From the NCBI GenBank assembly GCA_965261735.1, contig OZ253470.1, positions 1,376,001-1,440,000 on the forward strand: a stretch of DNA of 64,000 bases. Reading direction: 5' to 3'. Source of the stretch: Alphaproteobacteria bacterium (GTDB taxonomy: Bacteria; Pseudomonadota; Alphaproteobacteria; SHVV01). The first letter of the stretch is position 1. Every line of letters begins with the position of its first letter. The notes under the pieces were generated by a model that made no database searches, was not told where the DNA came from, and saw only the letters and a list, made by a program, of their open reading frames with translations. Of this stretch, positions 37,453 through 47,221 are shown one piece after another. A program made the position numbers and the translations under genes.

Positions 37453-38470
37453 TCAGCGGATGGCGCGGCCGATGGGGCCGTTGCGCAGGATGTCGTCGAG
37501 GATCGCGGCCTTGGTGCGGGCGATGATGCGGTCGCCCTCGGTACGTAGCACGGCGACCGCCGCCGGGCTCGCGCCGCGGAAGTCGAAGTTGAAGGTCTGG
37601 TGGAAGTTGACGACGGTGCGGGCGGTTGCCGCAGCGGCGCGCCCTGCGCCCGCGAGCCGGTTGTGGGGCACGATGGCGCCGGCGGCGGCGGGCACGAAAA
37701 GCTCGGGCCCCGCCTCGCCCACGAGATAGGGGATGCGGGGCAGCACCGGCCTGCCGTGCTGCTTGCCGAAGATACCGGTGAGGCCGCCCCTGAGCAGCTC
37801 CGAGATCGGCGCGACGACGCCGGTGCGGAGCATGTCGCTCGCGATGTCGTCGAGGATGCTCGAGGCGATGTCGCGCAGGCGCTTGAACTCGAACTCGTTC
37901 GACCGCACCATGTCGCCGGACCGCGCGGGTCACGCGGCCCATGCCGCGCTCCATGATGGTCGTGACGGCACCCACGGCCTCAGCGACGGGTCCCACCATC
38001 GCCGCATCGAGCTGGCCGAACGTCCCGTTGATGGCGTCGAGCGTCGCGGGCATGGATTTGTCGATATCCTCTTGGAGCTTGCGAAAGGCCACGCTCGCCG
38101 CCGTGGTGTCCACCTGTACGCCCTTCAGGGTCTCGCGCAGGGGCTCGTACACCGCCTCGGTGTCCCGCCGCAGGCCCTTCAGGGACTCGCGCAGGGACTC
38201 GCGCGCCGCCTCCAAACCCTCCGTCGGGATCCGAGGAACGTGCGCGTTGCCCGTAGCGCCACCGGGGGCGTCCGCCGTTTCCGCCTTGCGGCCCGGCAGC
38301 TTGAGGCCGGCGAGGCCCTGGCGCAGACCCGCCAGGCTTTCGCGCAGGGGCGCCAGCGGCGCCTTGATCTTCTCGACCGCCTGGGCGACCATCTTGTGCG
38401 CCCGGTCCAAGTCCGCGCCGAGGCGCGGCGTATCCACCACGAATTTTATTAGAAACTCATCGTTTGCCAT
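37453..38470 (-). pseudogene. short GTA/phage tail tape-measure-like protein (~338 aa), +1 frameshift near 37918
   Basis: AGGAG RBS and start MANDEFLIKF, then helical repeats (LRESLKGL / LRETLKGV). Removing one C joins RVTRAV-GDMVRSNEFEFKRLRDIASSIL and leads to PYLVGEAGPELFVP..GAIVP, typical of tape-measure C-termini. Confidence 0.65.
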
Positions 38471-38602
38471 CGTTGCTCCTGCTCGCGGCGCATCCGCGTG
38501 CGCCCGATCATTCCGTTCTCCCGGCGCTCTCGATGCCCTCGTTCTATCAACCCGAACAACCGCGGGCCTGATCACTCATTGATACGTTCGGTGTCCTATC
38601 GT

Positions 38603-38638
38603 GATGCGCATGATACGTTGCGCATCGCATAATGTCTA
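38603..38638 (-). promoter_or_regulatory. sigma70-type promoter with overlapping palindromic operator for the tape-measure/muramidase operon
   Basis: Minus strand TAGACA (38638-38633), N17, TATCAT (38615-38610). The palindrome GATGCGCA-N8-TGCGCATC (38603-38626) straddles the -10. Confidence 0.6.
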
Positions 38639-38742
38639 TATCTTGTGCTACGGAGCTGCTCTGCACCCAGGTCATGGGTCTCAGGGCTGCACCGTGGCGC
38701 CGCACCGGCGCCCGGCACGCCGACCCTTTGCGAAAACGCGCT

Positions 38743-39684
38743 CTAGTCCTCGAGGCCGGCGAGGGCGCGGGCGAAGGCGCGCGCCTCGAAGGGCTGCAGG
38801 TCGTCGATCCCCTCGCCGACGCCGATGGCGTGCACGGGCAGGCCGAAGCGGCTCGCCAGCGCGACCAGCACGCCGCCCTTGGCGGTGCCGTCGAGCTTGG
38901 TCATGACGAGGCCCGTGACCTCGCAGACGTCGCGGAAGGTCTCGACCTGGCTGTGCGCGTTCTGGCCGGTGGTGGCGTCGAGCACCAGAAGCGAGCTGTG
39001 CGGCGCGCTCGCGTCGAGCTTGCGCACCACGCGCACGATCTTGGCCAGCTCGTCCATCAGGTGCGCCTTGTTTTGCAACCGTCCGGCGGTGTCGATCAGC
39101 AGCACGTCGGCGCCCTCGACCCCCGCCCTCTGCAGGGCCTCGAAGGCGAGGCCGGCCGAGTCCGACCCTGGCGCCCGGGCGACCACCTCGGCACCAGCAC
39201 GCTCGCCCCAGATCTTGAGCTGGTCGATGGCGGCGGCGCGAAAGGTGTCCGCGGCCGCCAGCACGACGTGCAGGCCCTGGCCGCGGAAACGATGCGCGAG
39301 CTTGCCGATGGTCGTGGTCTTGCCGGTGCCGTTGACCCCGGCGACGAGGATGACGTGGGGCTTGTGGCCGGCATCGATGTTGAGCGGCCGCGCCACCGGC
39401 TCGAGGATCGCGGCCACTTCCTCCGCGAGCGCCGCGCGCACTTGGTCGGCGCCGTCGCTTTCGACGCGGGTGCGCGCGATTCGCTGCGTCACCGCGGCCG
39501 CGGCCGCGACGCCGAGGTCGGCGGCGATCAGGAGCTCCTCGATCTCCTCGAGCGCGCGTCCGTCGAGGCGTTGCCGGCTTAGAACGCCAGCGATGCCCTC
39601 GCCGAGGGTGCGGCTCGAACGCGCGAGGCCCGCACGCAGGCGGCCGAGCCAGCCGTGCGCGTCGCCCGCGCCGGGCTCGCTCAT
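38743..39684 (-). CDS. ftsY: signal recognition particle receptor
   Basis: GVNGTGKTTT, DTFRAAA, DTAGRLQ, TKLDGTAKGG. Confidence 0.96.
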   Translation of the reverse strand: MSEPGAGDAHGWLGRLRAGLARSSRTLGEGIAGVLSRQRLDGRALEEIEELLIAADLGVAAAAAVTQRIARTRVESDGADQVRAALAEEVAAILEPVARPLNIDAGHKPHVILVAGVNGTGKTTTIGKLAHRFRGQGLHVVLAAADTFRAAAIDQLKIWGERAGAEVVARAPGSDSAGLAFEALQRAGVEGADVLLIDTAGRLQNKAHLMDELAKIVRVVRKLDASAPHSSLLVLDATTGQNAHSQVETFRDVCEVTGLVMTKLDGTAKGGVLVALASRFGLPVHAIGVGEGIDDLQPFEARAFARALAGLED

Positions 39685-40946
39685 GCGGCGATGCGGCCGA
39701 CGAGCGCGCCCTCGGCAACGCCGGTGGCCATGGCGGTGACCACGGTACCGGGGGCCGGCGCGGGCCCCTCGGCATCGAGCACCAGCGGCGCGAAATGCTC
39801 CGTCCGCCCGAGGCGATCCTTCTCGATCAGCACCTCGGCGGATCGACCCACGCGCGTCGCCAGGAAGCCGGCGAGGGCCGCGGCGCCGGCCTCGCGCAGC
39901 CGCCCGCCGCGCTCCTTGCGCACGCCCACAGGAAGCTGCGGCATGCGCGCGGCGGCGGTGCCGGTGCGTACTGAGTAGGGGAACACGTGGAGGTAGGTGA
40001 GGCCGCAGGCCTCGACGACATCGAGGGTGCGGGCGAACATCGCCTCGGTCTCTGTCGGGAACCCGGCGATCAGGTCGGCGCCGAACACCATGTCAGGGCG
40101 CACCCGCCGTAGCCGCGCGCACAGCGCGATCGCATCGGCGCGCAGGTGGCGCCGCTTCATGCGCTTGAGGATGACGTCGTCGCCGGCCTGCAGGCTCAGA
40201 TGGAGGTGCGGCATCAGGCGCGGCTCGTGGGCGAAGAGCGCGACCAGCTCCTCATCGACCTCGATGGGATCGATCGAGGACAGCCGCAACCGCGCGAGCT
40301 CGGGGACCCGCCGGAGCACCTCGCCCACAAGGCCGCCGAGAGCCGGCCGGCCGGCTATCTCCTGGCCGTAGGCGCCGATGTCGACGCCGGTCAGCACGAT
40401 CTCGGCAAAGCCCTGCTCGACGAGGCCGCGCACCTGCTCGACCACCGCGCCGGGCGCGACGCTACGGCTCGGCCCGCGGGCGAAGGGGATGATGCAGAAG
40501 GTGCAGCGATGGTCGCAGCCGTTCTGTATCTGAACGAAGGCGCGGGAGCGGCCCGCGAACCCGGTGATGAGATGGCCCGCGGTCTCGCGCACGGCCATGA
40601 TGTCGCTGACGCGCCGCGGCGCGGCCCCCGCCGTATAGCTCGCTGGATCGAGCTTGTCGGCGTTGCCGAGCACGCGCGCAACGCCTGGCAGCGCGGCGAA
40701 GGCGTCGGGCTCGAGCTGGGCTGCGCATCCGGTGACGATGATCGGGGCGTCCGGCCGATCGCGGTGCGCGCGCCGGATCGCCTGGCGCGCCTGGCGCGCG
40801 GCCTCGCCCGTGACCGCGCAGGTGTTGACGATGACCGCGCCCGCGAGGCCCGCGCACGCTGCGTGGCCGCGTATGACCTCCGATTCGAACGCATTGAGCC
40901 GGCAGCCGAAGGTGATGATTTCGGGGCCGCGCGGCGCCTCGCTCAT
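39681..40946 (-). CDS. mtaB: tRNA t6A37 methylthiotransferase
   Basis: TFGCRLN, NTCAVT, radical-SAM [14 protein letters not shown]; located in dapF-mtaB-ftsY. Confidence 0.92.
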   Translation of the reverse strand: MSEAPRGPEIITFGCRLNAFESEVIRGHAACAGLAGAVIVNTCAVTGEAARQARQAIRRAHRDRPDAPIIVTGCAAQLEPDAFAALPGVARVLGNADKLDPASYTAGAAPRRVSDIMAVRETAGHLITGFAGRSRAFVQIQNGCDHRCTFCIIPFARGPSRSVAPGAVVEQVRGLVEQGFAEIVLTGVDIGAYGQEIAGRPALGGLVGEVLRRVPELARLRLSSIDPIEVDEELVALFAHEPRLMPHLHLSLQAGDDVILKRMKRRHLRADAIALCARLRRVRPDMVFGADLIAGFPTETEAMFARTLDVVEACGLTYLHVFPYSVRTGTAAARMPQLPVGVRKERGGRLREAGAAALAGFLATRVGRSAEVLIEKDRLGRTEHFAPLVLDAEGPAPAPGTVVTAMATGVAEGALVGRIAA

Positions 40947-41788
40947 GCGTGGGCCTCCTCGATGAGGGCCGCATCGAAGCTGCCTGAGAAACTCGTGGCC
41001 GCCGGACCAGTGAGGAGCACGTGCCCATCCTCGCGCCACGCGACCCCGAGCGTTCCGCCGTCGACGACGATCTCGGCGGCGCGCGCGAGCAGGCCGCGCT
41101 CGCTCGCCGCAACGAGCGCTGCGCAGGCCGCGGTGCCGCAGGCCCGTGTGATGCCGGCGCCGCGCTCCCACACCCTGAGGCGCAGCGAATCGGGCGCACG
41201 CACGGTGGCGACACTGACGTTGGCGCGCTCGGGGAACAGCGGGTCATGCTCGAGCGCCGGGCCGATCGCCGCGAGATCGACCGCGTCGGCATCGGCAACG
41301 AAGAACACCGCATGGGGATTGCCGACATTGACGCCGACCGCCTGGCCGAGCCCGGAGGCCGCGGCCGTCTCGAGGTCGAGATGCAGGGTGTCGCTCTCAC
41401 GGGCGAGCGGGATCTCGCGCCAGCCGAGCCGCGGCGGCCCCATGTCCACGGTGATCAAGCCGCCGCGGTCGCTCGCCTGGAGCAGCCCGGCGCGGGTCTC
41501 TATGGTGACCTCGTCGCGCCCGCTTTCCGCCATCAGGAGCTTTGCGACGCAGCGTGTACCGTTGCCGCACGCCGCGACCTCGCCGCCGTCGGCGTTGTGG
41601 ACGCGCATGAAGGCATCGGCCCGGGTCGAGACTTCGAGCGTGATCAGCTGGTCGCAGCCGATGCCGGCGCGGCGGTCGGCGATCGCCCGTGCGGCGCCGT
41701 TGCTCACGACGAAGGGTGTCGCGCGGGCGTCGACGACGACGAAGTCGTTGCCGAGCCCGTGCATCTTGACGAAGGGAACCGGGGCCAT
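40943..41788 (-). CDS. dapF: diaminopimelate epimerase
   Basis: [33 protein letters not shown]. Confidence 0.96.
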   Translation of the reverse strand: MAPVPFVKMHGLGNDFVVVDARATPFVVSNGAARAIADRRAGIGCDQLITLEVSTRADAFMRVHNADGGEVAACGNGTRCVAKLLMAESGRDEVTIETRAGLLQASDRGGLITVDMGPPRLGWREIPLARESDTLHLDLETAAASGLGQAVGVNVGNPHAVFFVADADAVDLAAIGPALEHDPLFPERANVSVATVRAPDSLRLRVWERGAGITRACGTAACAALVAASERGLLARAAEIVVDGGTLGVAWREDGHVLLTGPAATSFSGSFDAALIEEAHA

Positions 41789-41849
41789 GGCGCGGTTATA
41801 GGGTCGCGCTCACCGCCGCGTCCACCGCTTTGACGGTGCCCCACAGCGC

Positions 41850-43307
41850 CTACAGGAGGGGCGCCAGCAGGTATACGAGCACCGTGACGATGACGATGCC
41901 CGACAGGTTGAGGACGATGCCGGCGCGGACCATCTGCCCGATGCGGACCTTACCCGAGCCGAAGACGATGGCGTTGGGCGGCGTCGCCACCGGCAGCATG
42001 AAGGCGCAACTGGCGGCGATCGCCGCCGGCGCCGCGAGTGCGAGCACCGGGTGCCCGGCGGCGCCGGCGAGTGCTGCCACGACGGGCAGGAAGGCGGCGG
42101 TGGTCGCGGTGTTGCTCGTGAGCTCGGTGAGGAACAGGATGAGGGCGGCGACGGCGGCGATCAGGGCGACGAGCGGCCACGCCCCGAACCCGGCGAGGAA
42201 GGCGCCCAACCAGTCGGCGAGGCCGCTGCGCGTGATCTGCGCGGCCAGGCTGAGGCCGCCACCGAACAGCAGGAGCACCTCCCACGGCAAGGCCCGCGCG
42301 CCGGCCCAGTCCATGAGGCGGCCGCGGCCCCGACCGGCCGGCACGACGAAGGTCGCGAGGCCGCCAGCGAGGGCGATGCCGGTGTCGGACAGGCCACCGA
42401 GCCCGGGCAGGCCGGCGAGCCACGGCCGTCCCACCCACAGCGCCGCGACGGCCACGAAGATCGCCGCCACCCGCTTCTCGGCCGGCGACATCGGGCCCAT
42501 CGCTGCGCGCTCGGCCGCGATCGCGCCTTCCCCACCGACGCCGCCCGTTGCGTCAATCGGGTAGAGGCGAACGAGCACCACCCAGGCGAGCGGCAGAAAC
42601 ACGACGACGAGCGGTACACCCAACACCATCCACTCGGCAAAACCGATTTCGACGCCGTGGCTCGCCGCCATGTAGGCGGCGAGCAGCGCGTTGGGCGGCG
42701 TGCCGATCAGGGTGCCGAGACCGCCGATGTTGGCGGCGTAGGCAACACCCAACAGCAGCGCGACGACGAAGTTGCCGCCGCTACCGACGACGCCGGCCAC
42801 CGAAAGCGCGATCGGCAGCATCATCATGGTCGTCGCGGTGTTGCTGACCCACATGCTGAGGAAGGCGGTCGCCCCCATGAAACCGGCGATGGTGGCTTCG
42901 GGGCGCGTACCGACGCGCGCGATCAGCGCGAGCGCAAGCCGCCGGTGCAGGTTCGCGCGCTGCATTGCCAGCGCAATGAGAAAGCCGCCCAAGAACAGGA
43001 AGATGAGGGGGTTGACGTAGGGCACCGCCGCCTCGTCGATGGTGGACAGGCCGAGCGTCGGGAACAGGATCAGCGGCAGCAGGGCCGTGACCGCCACCGG
43101 CAGCGCCTCGCTCGCCCACCAGCTCGCCATCAGGACCGCGACGGCCGCGGTCGCCCAGGCCTGTGCGCTCATGTTCGCGGGCTCAGGCAGGGCGAGCATC
43201 ACCGCGCACGCCGCGATCCCCACGGCGAAGCCGATGCGACGCGCGCGCGCACGCGCCGCGGCGAGCGCGGGACCCTCGGCTTGCGGTGTCCTCGATGGTT
43301 GGGCCAT
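41850..43307 (-). CDS. SLC13/DASS family sodium:dicarboxylate/sulfate symporter
   Basis: SMWVSNTAT, GTPPN, TSNTAT, PVATPPNA; multi-TM. Confidence 0.9.
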   Translation of the reverse strand: MAQPSRTPQAEGPALAAARARARRIGFAVGIAACAVMLALPEPANMSAQAWATAAVAVLMASWWASEALPVAVTALLPLILFPTLGLSTIDEAAVPYVNPLIFLFLGGFLIALAMQRANLHRRLALALIARVGTRPEATIAGFMGATAFLSMWVSNTATTMMMLPIALSVAGVVGSGGNFVVALLLGVAYAANIGGLGTLIGTPPNALLAAYMAASHGVEIGFAEWMVLGVPLVVVFLPLAWVVLVRLYPIDATGGVGGEGAIAAERAAMGPMSPAEKRVAAIFVAVAALWVGRPWLAGLPGLGGLSDTGIALAGGLATFVVPAGRGRGRLMDWAGARALPWEVLLLFGGGLSLAAQITRSGLADWLGAFLAGFGAWPLVALIAAVAALILFLTELTSNTATTAAFLPVVAALAGAAGHPVLALAAPAAIAASCAFMLPVATPPNAIVFGSGKVRIGQMVRAGIVLNLSGIVIVTVLVYLLAPLL

Positions 43308-43360
43308 GGCGGAGGTCGCCAGCCTAGCCAATGTCGCTGCATGCCGCCAATCGTGGGCGC

Positions 43361-43390
43361 TTGACGGGGTTCGCGCCGCAGCGCTAGGGT
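43361..43390 (+). promoter_or_regulatory. putative sigma70 promoter of the ffh operon
   Basis: TTGACG-N18-TAGGGT. Confidence 0.5.
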
Positions 43391-43399
43391 GCGCGCGCT

Positions 43400-43480
43400 C
43401 TCTGGCCCATTGAGGGTTCGCCGGCTCGCGCCGGTTACCCGTCAGTCCGCGAGGATTCGCGCACTGGCGCGCTAGTGCTT
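43400..43480 (+). ncRNA. structured 5' leader of ffh (ffh-motif-like cis-RNA)
   Basis: Nested stem TGAGGGT..CCGGC-TCGC-GCCGG..ACCCGTCA plus hairpin GCACTGG-CGCG-CTAGTGC between the promoter and ffh. An ffh leader RNA motif is known in Alphaproteobacteria; the match was not computed. Confidence 0.45.
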
Positions 43481-43508
43481 TGGTAAGAGGATGTGCAAAG
43501 GGACGTGA

Positions 43509-44864
43509 ATGTTCGATAGCCTGACCGATCGCCTGGGCGGCATCTTCGAGGGGCTCAAGCGCCGTGGGTCGCTGAGCGAGGGCGATGTCGATGCGGCCCT
43601 GCGCGAGGTCCGTATCGCGCTACTCGAGGCCGACGCGGCACTCCCGGTGGTTAAGGACTTCATCGCCGAGGTGCGCGAGCGTGCCGTCGGCCAGGAGGTG
43701 CTGCGTAGCGTCACGCCGGCGCAGATGGTGGTCAAGATCGTCCACGACCACCTCGCAGCACTACTTGGGTCGGACACCGCCGAGCTCAACCTCCAGGCGA
43801 CGCCGCCGGTGCCGATCCTGATGGTCGGGCTGCAGGGCTCGGGCAAGACCACGAGCGCGGCCAAGGTCGCGCTCCGGCTCAAGACCGACGACAAGAAGAA
43901 GGTGCTGCTCGCCTCGCTCGACGTCCACCGGCCGGCGGCCCAGGAGCAGCTCCGCGTCCTCGGCGAGCAGGCCGATATCGCCACCCTGCCGATCGTCGCC
44001 GGCCAGATGCCCGTCGACATCGCGCGCCGCGCCGTGCAGGCCGGGCGCCTGCAGGGGTTCGATGTCGTGGTGCTCGATACGGCCGGGCGGCTCCACATCG
44101 ACGAAGCGTCGATGGCCGAGGCGGCGGCGGTGCGCGATGCCGTCGGCCCGGCCGAGGTCCTGCTCGTCGCCGATGCGCTCACCGGCCAGGACGCGGTACG
44201 TATCGCCGAGCGCTTCGCCACCCGCCTCGGCGTCACCGGCGTCCTGCTCACGCGCGTCGATGGTGACGCGCGCGGCGGCGCGGCGCTGAGCATGCGGGCC
44301 GTCACCGGGTGCGCGATCAAGTTCGTCGGCACCGGCGAGAAGCTCGACGCCCTCGAGGTGTTTCACCCCGAGCGGGTGGCCCAACGCATTCTCGGCATGG
44401 GCGATGTGGTCTCGCTCGTCGAGAAGGCCGCCGAGACCATCGACCACGAGGACGCGGCCAAGCTCGAGGCCAAGTTGCGCAAGGGCGCGTTCGACCTCGA
44501 GGACCTGGCGGGCCAGCTCCGACAGATGCGCAGATTGGGCGGCGCCGAGGGCCTGATGGGCCTCCTCCCCGGTGCCGGTAAGATGAAGAAGCAGCTCGCC
44601 GAGGCGCAGATCGATCCGCGCATGCTGACGCGCCAGGAGGCGATCATCCAGTCCATGACCGGTGTCGAGCGGCGCAACGCGAAGCTCCTCGGAGCCTCGC
44701 GCAAACGCCGCATCGCCGCCGGCTCGGGCACCAGCGTCCAAGACGTCAACCGGCTCCTCAAGCAGCACAAGCAGATGGCTTCGGTCATGAAGAGGGTCGG
44801 CAAGCTCGGCCCCAAGGGGCTGAGCCGCCACGGCCTTTCCGGCATCCTGCCGGGCCTTCGCTGA
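43509..44864 (+). CDS. ffh: signal recognition particle protein
   Basis: [38 protein letters not shown]. Confidence 0.97.
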   Translation: MFDSLTDRLGGIFEGLKRRGSLSEGDVDAALREVRIALLEADAALPVVKDFIAEVRERAVGQEVLRSVTPAQMVVKIVHDHLAALLGSDTAELNLQATPPVPILMVGLQGSGKTTSAAKVALRLKTDDKKKVLLASLDVHRPAAQEQLRVLGEQADIATLPIVAGQMPVDIARRAVQAGRLQGFDVVVLDTAGRLHIDEASMAEAAAVRDAVGPAEVLLVADALTGQDAVRIAERFATRLGVTGVLLTRVDGDARGGAALSMRAVTGCAIKFVGTGEKLDALEVFHPERVAQRILGMGDVVSLVEKAAETIDHEDAAKLEAKLRKGAFDLEDLAGQLRQMRRLGGAEGLMGLLPGAGKMKKQLAEAQIDPRMLTRQEAIIQSMTGVERRNAKLLGASRKRRIAAGSGTSVQDVNRLLKQHKQMASVMKRVGKLGPKGLSRHGLSGILPGLR

Positions 44865-44890
44865 AATCCCTCATAAGTGCGGACCCACAC

Positions 44891-45457
44891 ATGCCCTTGA
44901 AAATTCGTCTCTCCCGCGGCGGCGCCAAGAAGCGCCCCTTCTACCGCATCGTCATCGCCGACGCGCGCGCCCCCCGCGACGGCCGCTATATCGAGCGCAT
45001 CGGCACCTACAATCCGCTGTTGCCGAAGGACCACCCGACCCGCGTGACGCTGAAGCCCGAGCGCGTGAAGTACTGGCTCGACAACGGGGCGACGCCGACG
45101 GATCGCGTCGCCCGCTTCCTCGGTCACGCCGAGATCATCCCGATGCCGGCGGCGCGCAACAACCCGAACAAGGCCAAGCCGCGGCCCAAGACGGTCGAGC
45201 GCGAGAAGGCGCGCGAGGAGGCGGCGAAGGCCGCGGCCGAGGCGCCGCCTCCCGAGCCAGAGGCGGTAGAGGAGCCCGCCGCGGAGGAAGCTCAAGCGGC
45301 GCCCGAGCCAGAGCCGGAGGCTGCGCCTGAGGCGGCCGAACCCGAACCGGAGTCCGAGGCGCCGGAGCCGGAGCCGGAACCGGGCGCGGCTTCGGAGGAA
45401 GCGCCAGTGGAGGAGGCGCCAGAGGCGCCGGCACCGGATGAAGAGGCCAAGTCTTAG
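44891..45457 (+). CDS. rpsP: 30S ribosomal protein S16 with a long Glu/Pro/Ala tail
   Basis: [26 protein letters not shown]. Confidence 0.96.
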   Translation: MPLKIRLSRGGAKKRPFYRIVIADARAPRDGRYIERIGTYNPLLPKDHPTRVTLKPERVKYWLDNGATPTDRVARFLGHAEIIPMPAARNNPNKAKPRPKTVEREKAREEAAKAAAEAPPPEPEAVEEPAAEEAQAAPEPEPEAAPEAAEPEPESEAPEPEPEPGAASEEAPVEEAPEAPAPDEEAKS

Positions 45458-45473
45458 GAGCCGCGACGGCGGC

Positions 45474-46040
45474 GTGAGCGAGGCGCTGGGCGCCGGGCCG
45501 GCGCCGGGCAGGAAGGCCGCGCAGGATAGCCGGGTGTGCGTCGGCGTCATCACCGGCGCCCACGGCATCCGCGGTGACGTGAAGATCACGAGCTATACGG
45601 CGCGGCCCGAAGACGTCGCCGCCTATGGCCGCCCCGAGGACGAGGCCGGCTCCCGCCGCTTCGAACTCAGCGTCAAGACGGTCGGCAAGCGTGGCGTGCG
45701 CGCCTCCATCCTCGGCATCGGCGATCGCGACAGTGCCGTCGAGCTCGCCGGCACCCGGCTCTACGTCACCCGCGCCGCCCTTCCCGAGGCGGGCGAGAAC
45801 GAGTTCTACCACGGCGATCTTATCGGCCTGCGCGTCGAGCGCGACGATGGAAGCCCACTCGGCCGGGTGGCGGGCGTGAGCGACTTCGGCGGCGGCGACA
45901 TCCTGGACGTAGCGCTCGATGCCGGCGGCGCGGTCCTGCTGCCGTTCACCCGCGAGGTCGTGCCGGTGGTCGACACCGAAGCAGGCCGCATCGTCGTGCG
46001 CCCACCGGGCGGGCTCCTCGACGAAGTCCCGGAGGGCTAG
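45474..46040 (+). CDS. rimM: 16S rRNA processing protein
   Basis: [30 protein letters not shown]. Confidence 0.93.
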   Translation: MSEALGAGPAPGRKAAQDSRVCVGVITGAHGIRGDVKITSYTARPEDVAAYGRPEDEAGSRRFELSVKTVGKRGVRASILGIGDRDSAVELAGTRLYVTRAALPEAGENEFYHGDLIGLRVERDDGSPLGRVAGVSDFGGGDILDVALDAGGAVLLPFTREVVPVVDTEAGRIVVRPPGGLLDEVPEG

Positions 46041-46041
46041 C

Positions 46042-46800
46042 GTGTCGCGCCGGCAAGAGGCCGAGGCGGCCCCGTGGACGGTCTGGGTGCTGACCCTGTA
46101 CCCGTCGATGTTCCCCGGGCCGCTCGGCTATTCGCTGGCGGGAAAAGCGCTGGAACAGGGGCTGTGGCGGCTCGAAACAGTGGACATTCGCGACTACGCA
46201 CGCGATAAACACCGCACCGTGGACGAGGCGCCGTTCGGTGGCGGGCCAGGCATGGTAATGCGGGCCGATGTGCTCGCCGCGGCGGTCGAGGGGGCCCGTG
46301 CCGGAGCCGGCGGGAGCGCTCCCGTGCCGCTCGTGTATCTCGGGCCGCGCGGCCGGCCGCTCGATCAGGCGCGGGTGCGCGAGCTTGCCGCTGGGGCTGG
46401 TGTGATCCTCATCTGCGGGCGTTACGAGGGCGTCGACGAACGGGCGCTCGAAGAGTTGCGGGTCGAGGAAATCAGCCTCGGCGATTTCGTCCTGTCGAGC
46501 GGCGAGCCGGCCGCGCTGGCGTTGATCGATGCGGTGGTGCGGTGGCTGCCGGGCGTCATTGGCGATGCGAACGGACTGATCGACGAGAGTTTCGAGGACG
46601 GACTTCTCGAGTACCCACACTACACCCGGCCGCGGTCGTGGCACGGCCGGGAAGTACCGCCGGAGCTGCTGTCGGGACATCACGAGCGTATCCGGGAATG
46701 GCGGTTGGCGGCGGCGGAACGAATGACACAAGCGCGCAGGCCCGACCTGTGGGCACGCTACGCGGCGCGACGGAAGGCCAGGCAAGAAGGCGGGGAGTGA
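46042..46800 (+). CDS. trmD: tRNA (guanine-N1) methyltransferase
   Basis: [36 protein letters not shown]. Confidence 0.95.
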   Translation: MSRRQEAEAAPWTVWVLTLYPSMFPGPLGYSLAGKALEQGLWRLETVDIRDYARDKHRTVDEAPFGGGPGMVMRADVLAAAVEGARAGAGGSAPVPLVYLGPRGRPLDQARVRELAAGAGVILICGRYEGVDERALEELRVEEISLGDFVLSSGEPAALALIDAVVRWLPGVIGDANGLIDESFEDGLLEYPHYTRPRSWHGREVPPELLSGHHERIREWRLAAAERMTQARRPDLWARYAARRKARQEGGE

Positions 46801-46803
46801 GCC

Positions 46804-47190
46804 ATGAACATGATCGAGGAACTCGAGCGCGAGCAGACCGCTAGGCTCACCGAGGCGCGGCCGGTGCCGGAGTTCGCCCCCGGCGATACGTTGCGGGTCA
46901 GCGTACGCGTGGTCGAGGGAGTGCGCGAACGGGTCCAGGTGTTCGAGGGCGTGTGTATCGCGCGCAAGAACCGCGGCCTGAACTCGGCGTTCACCGTACG
47001 CAAGATCTCCTACGGCGAGGGCGTGGAGCGCATCTTTCCGCTGCACTCGCCGCAGATCGCCAAGATCGAGGTGATGCGCCGCGGCGCCGTCCGCCGGGCC
47101 AAGCTCTACTACCTGCGGGGCCTCACCGGGAAGCGCGCGCGCATCGCCGAGAAGCAGGAGCGGCGCGTCGCCGGCGAGGGCCGCAAGTAG
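46804..47190 (+). CDS. rplS: 50S ribosomal protein L19
   Basis: [29 protein letters not shown]. Confidence 0.97.
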   Translation: MNMIEELEREQTARLTEARPVPEFAPGDTLRVSVRVVEGVRERVQVFEGVCIARKNRGLNSAFTVRKISYGEGVERIFPLHSPQIAKIEVMRRGAVRRAKLYYLRGLTGKRARIAEKQERRVAGEGRK

Positions 47191-47221
47191 CGCGCCCGCG
47201 CGCGGCGATAGAGAGGGTGCC

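Noticed and set aside
36440-38470. Intact prophage or complete GTA cluster
   Set aside because: No capsid, portal, terminase, tail tube, integrase or att site is visible; only a tape-measure-like gene and a lysozyme-like gene.
37433-38575. 380-aa ORF taken at face value
   Set aside because: Its C-terminal Arg-rich part is out-of-frame read-through after the indel near 37918. The likely start is 38470.
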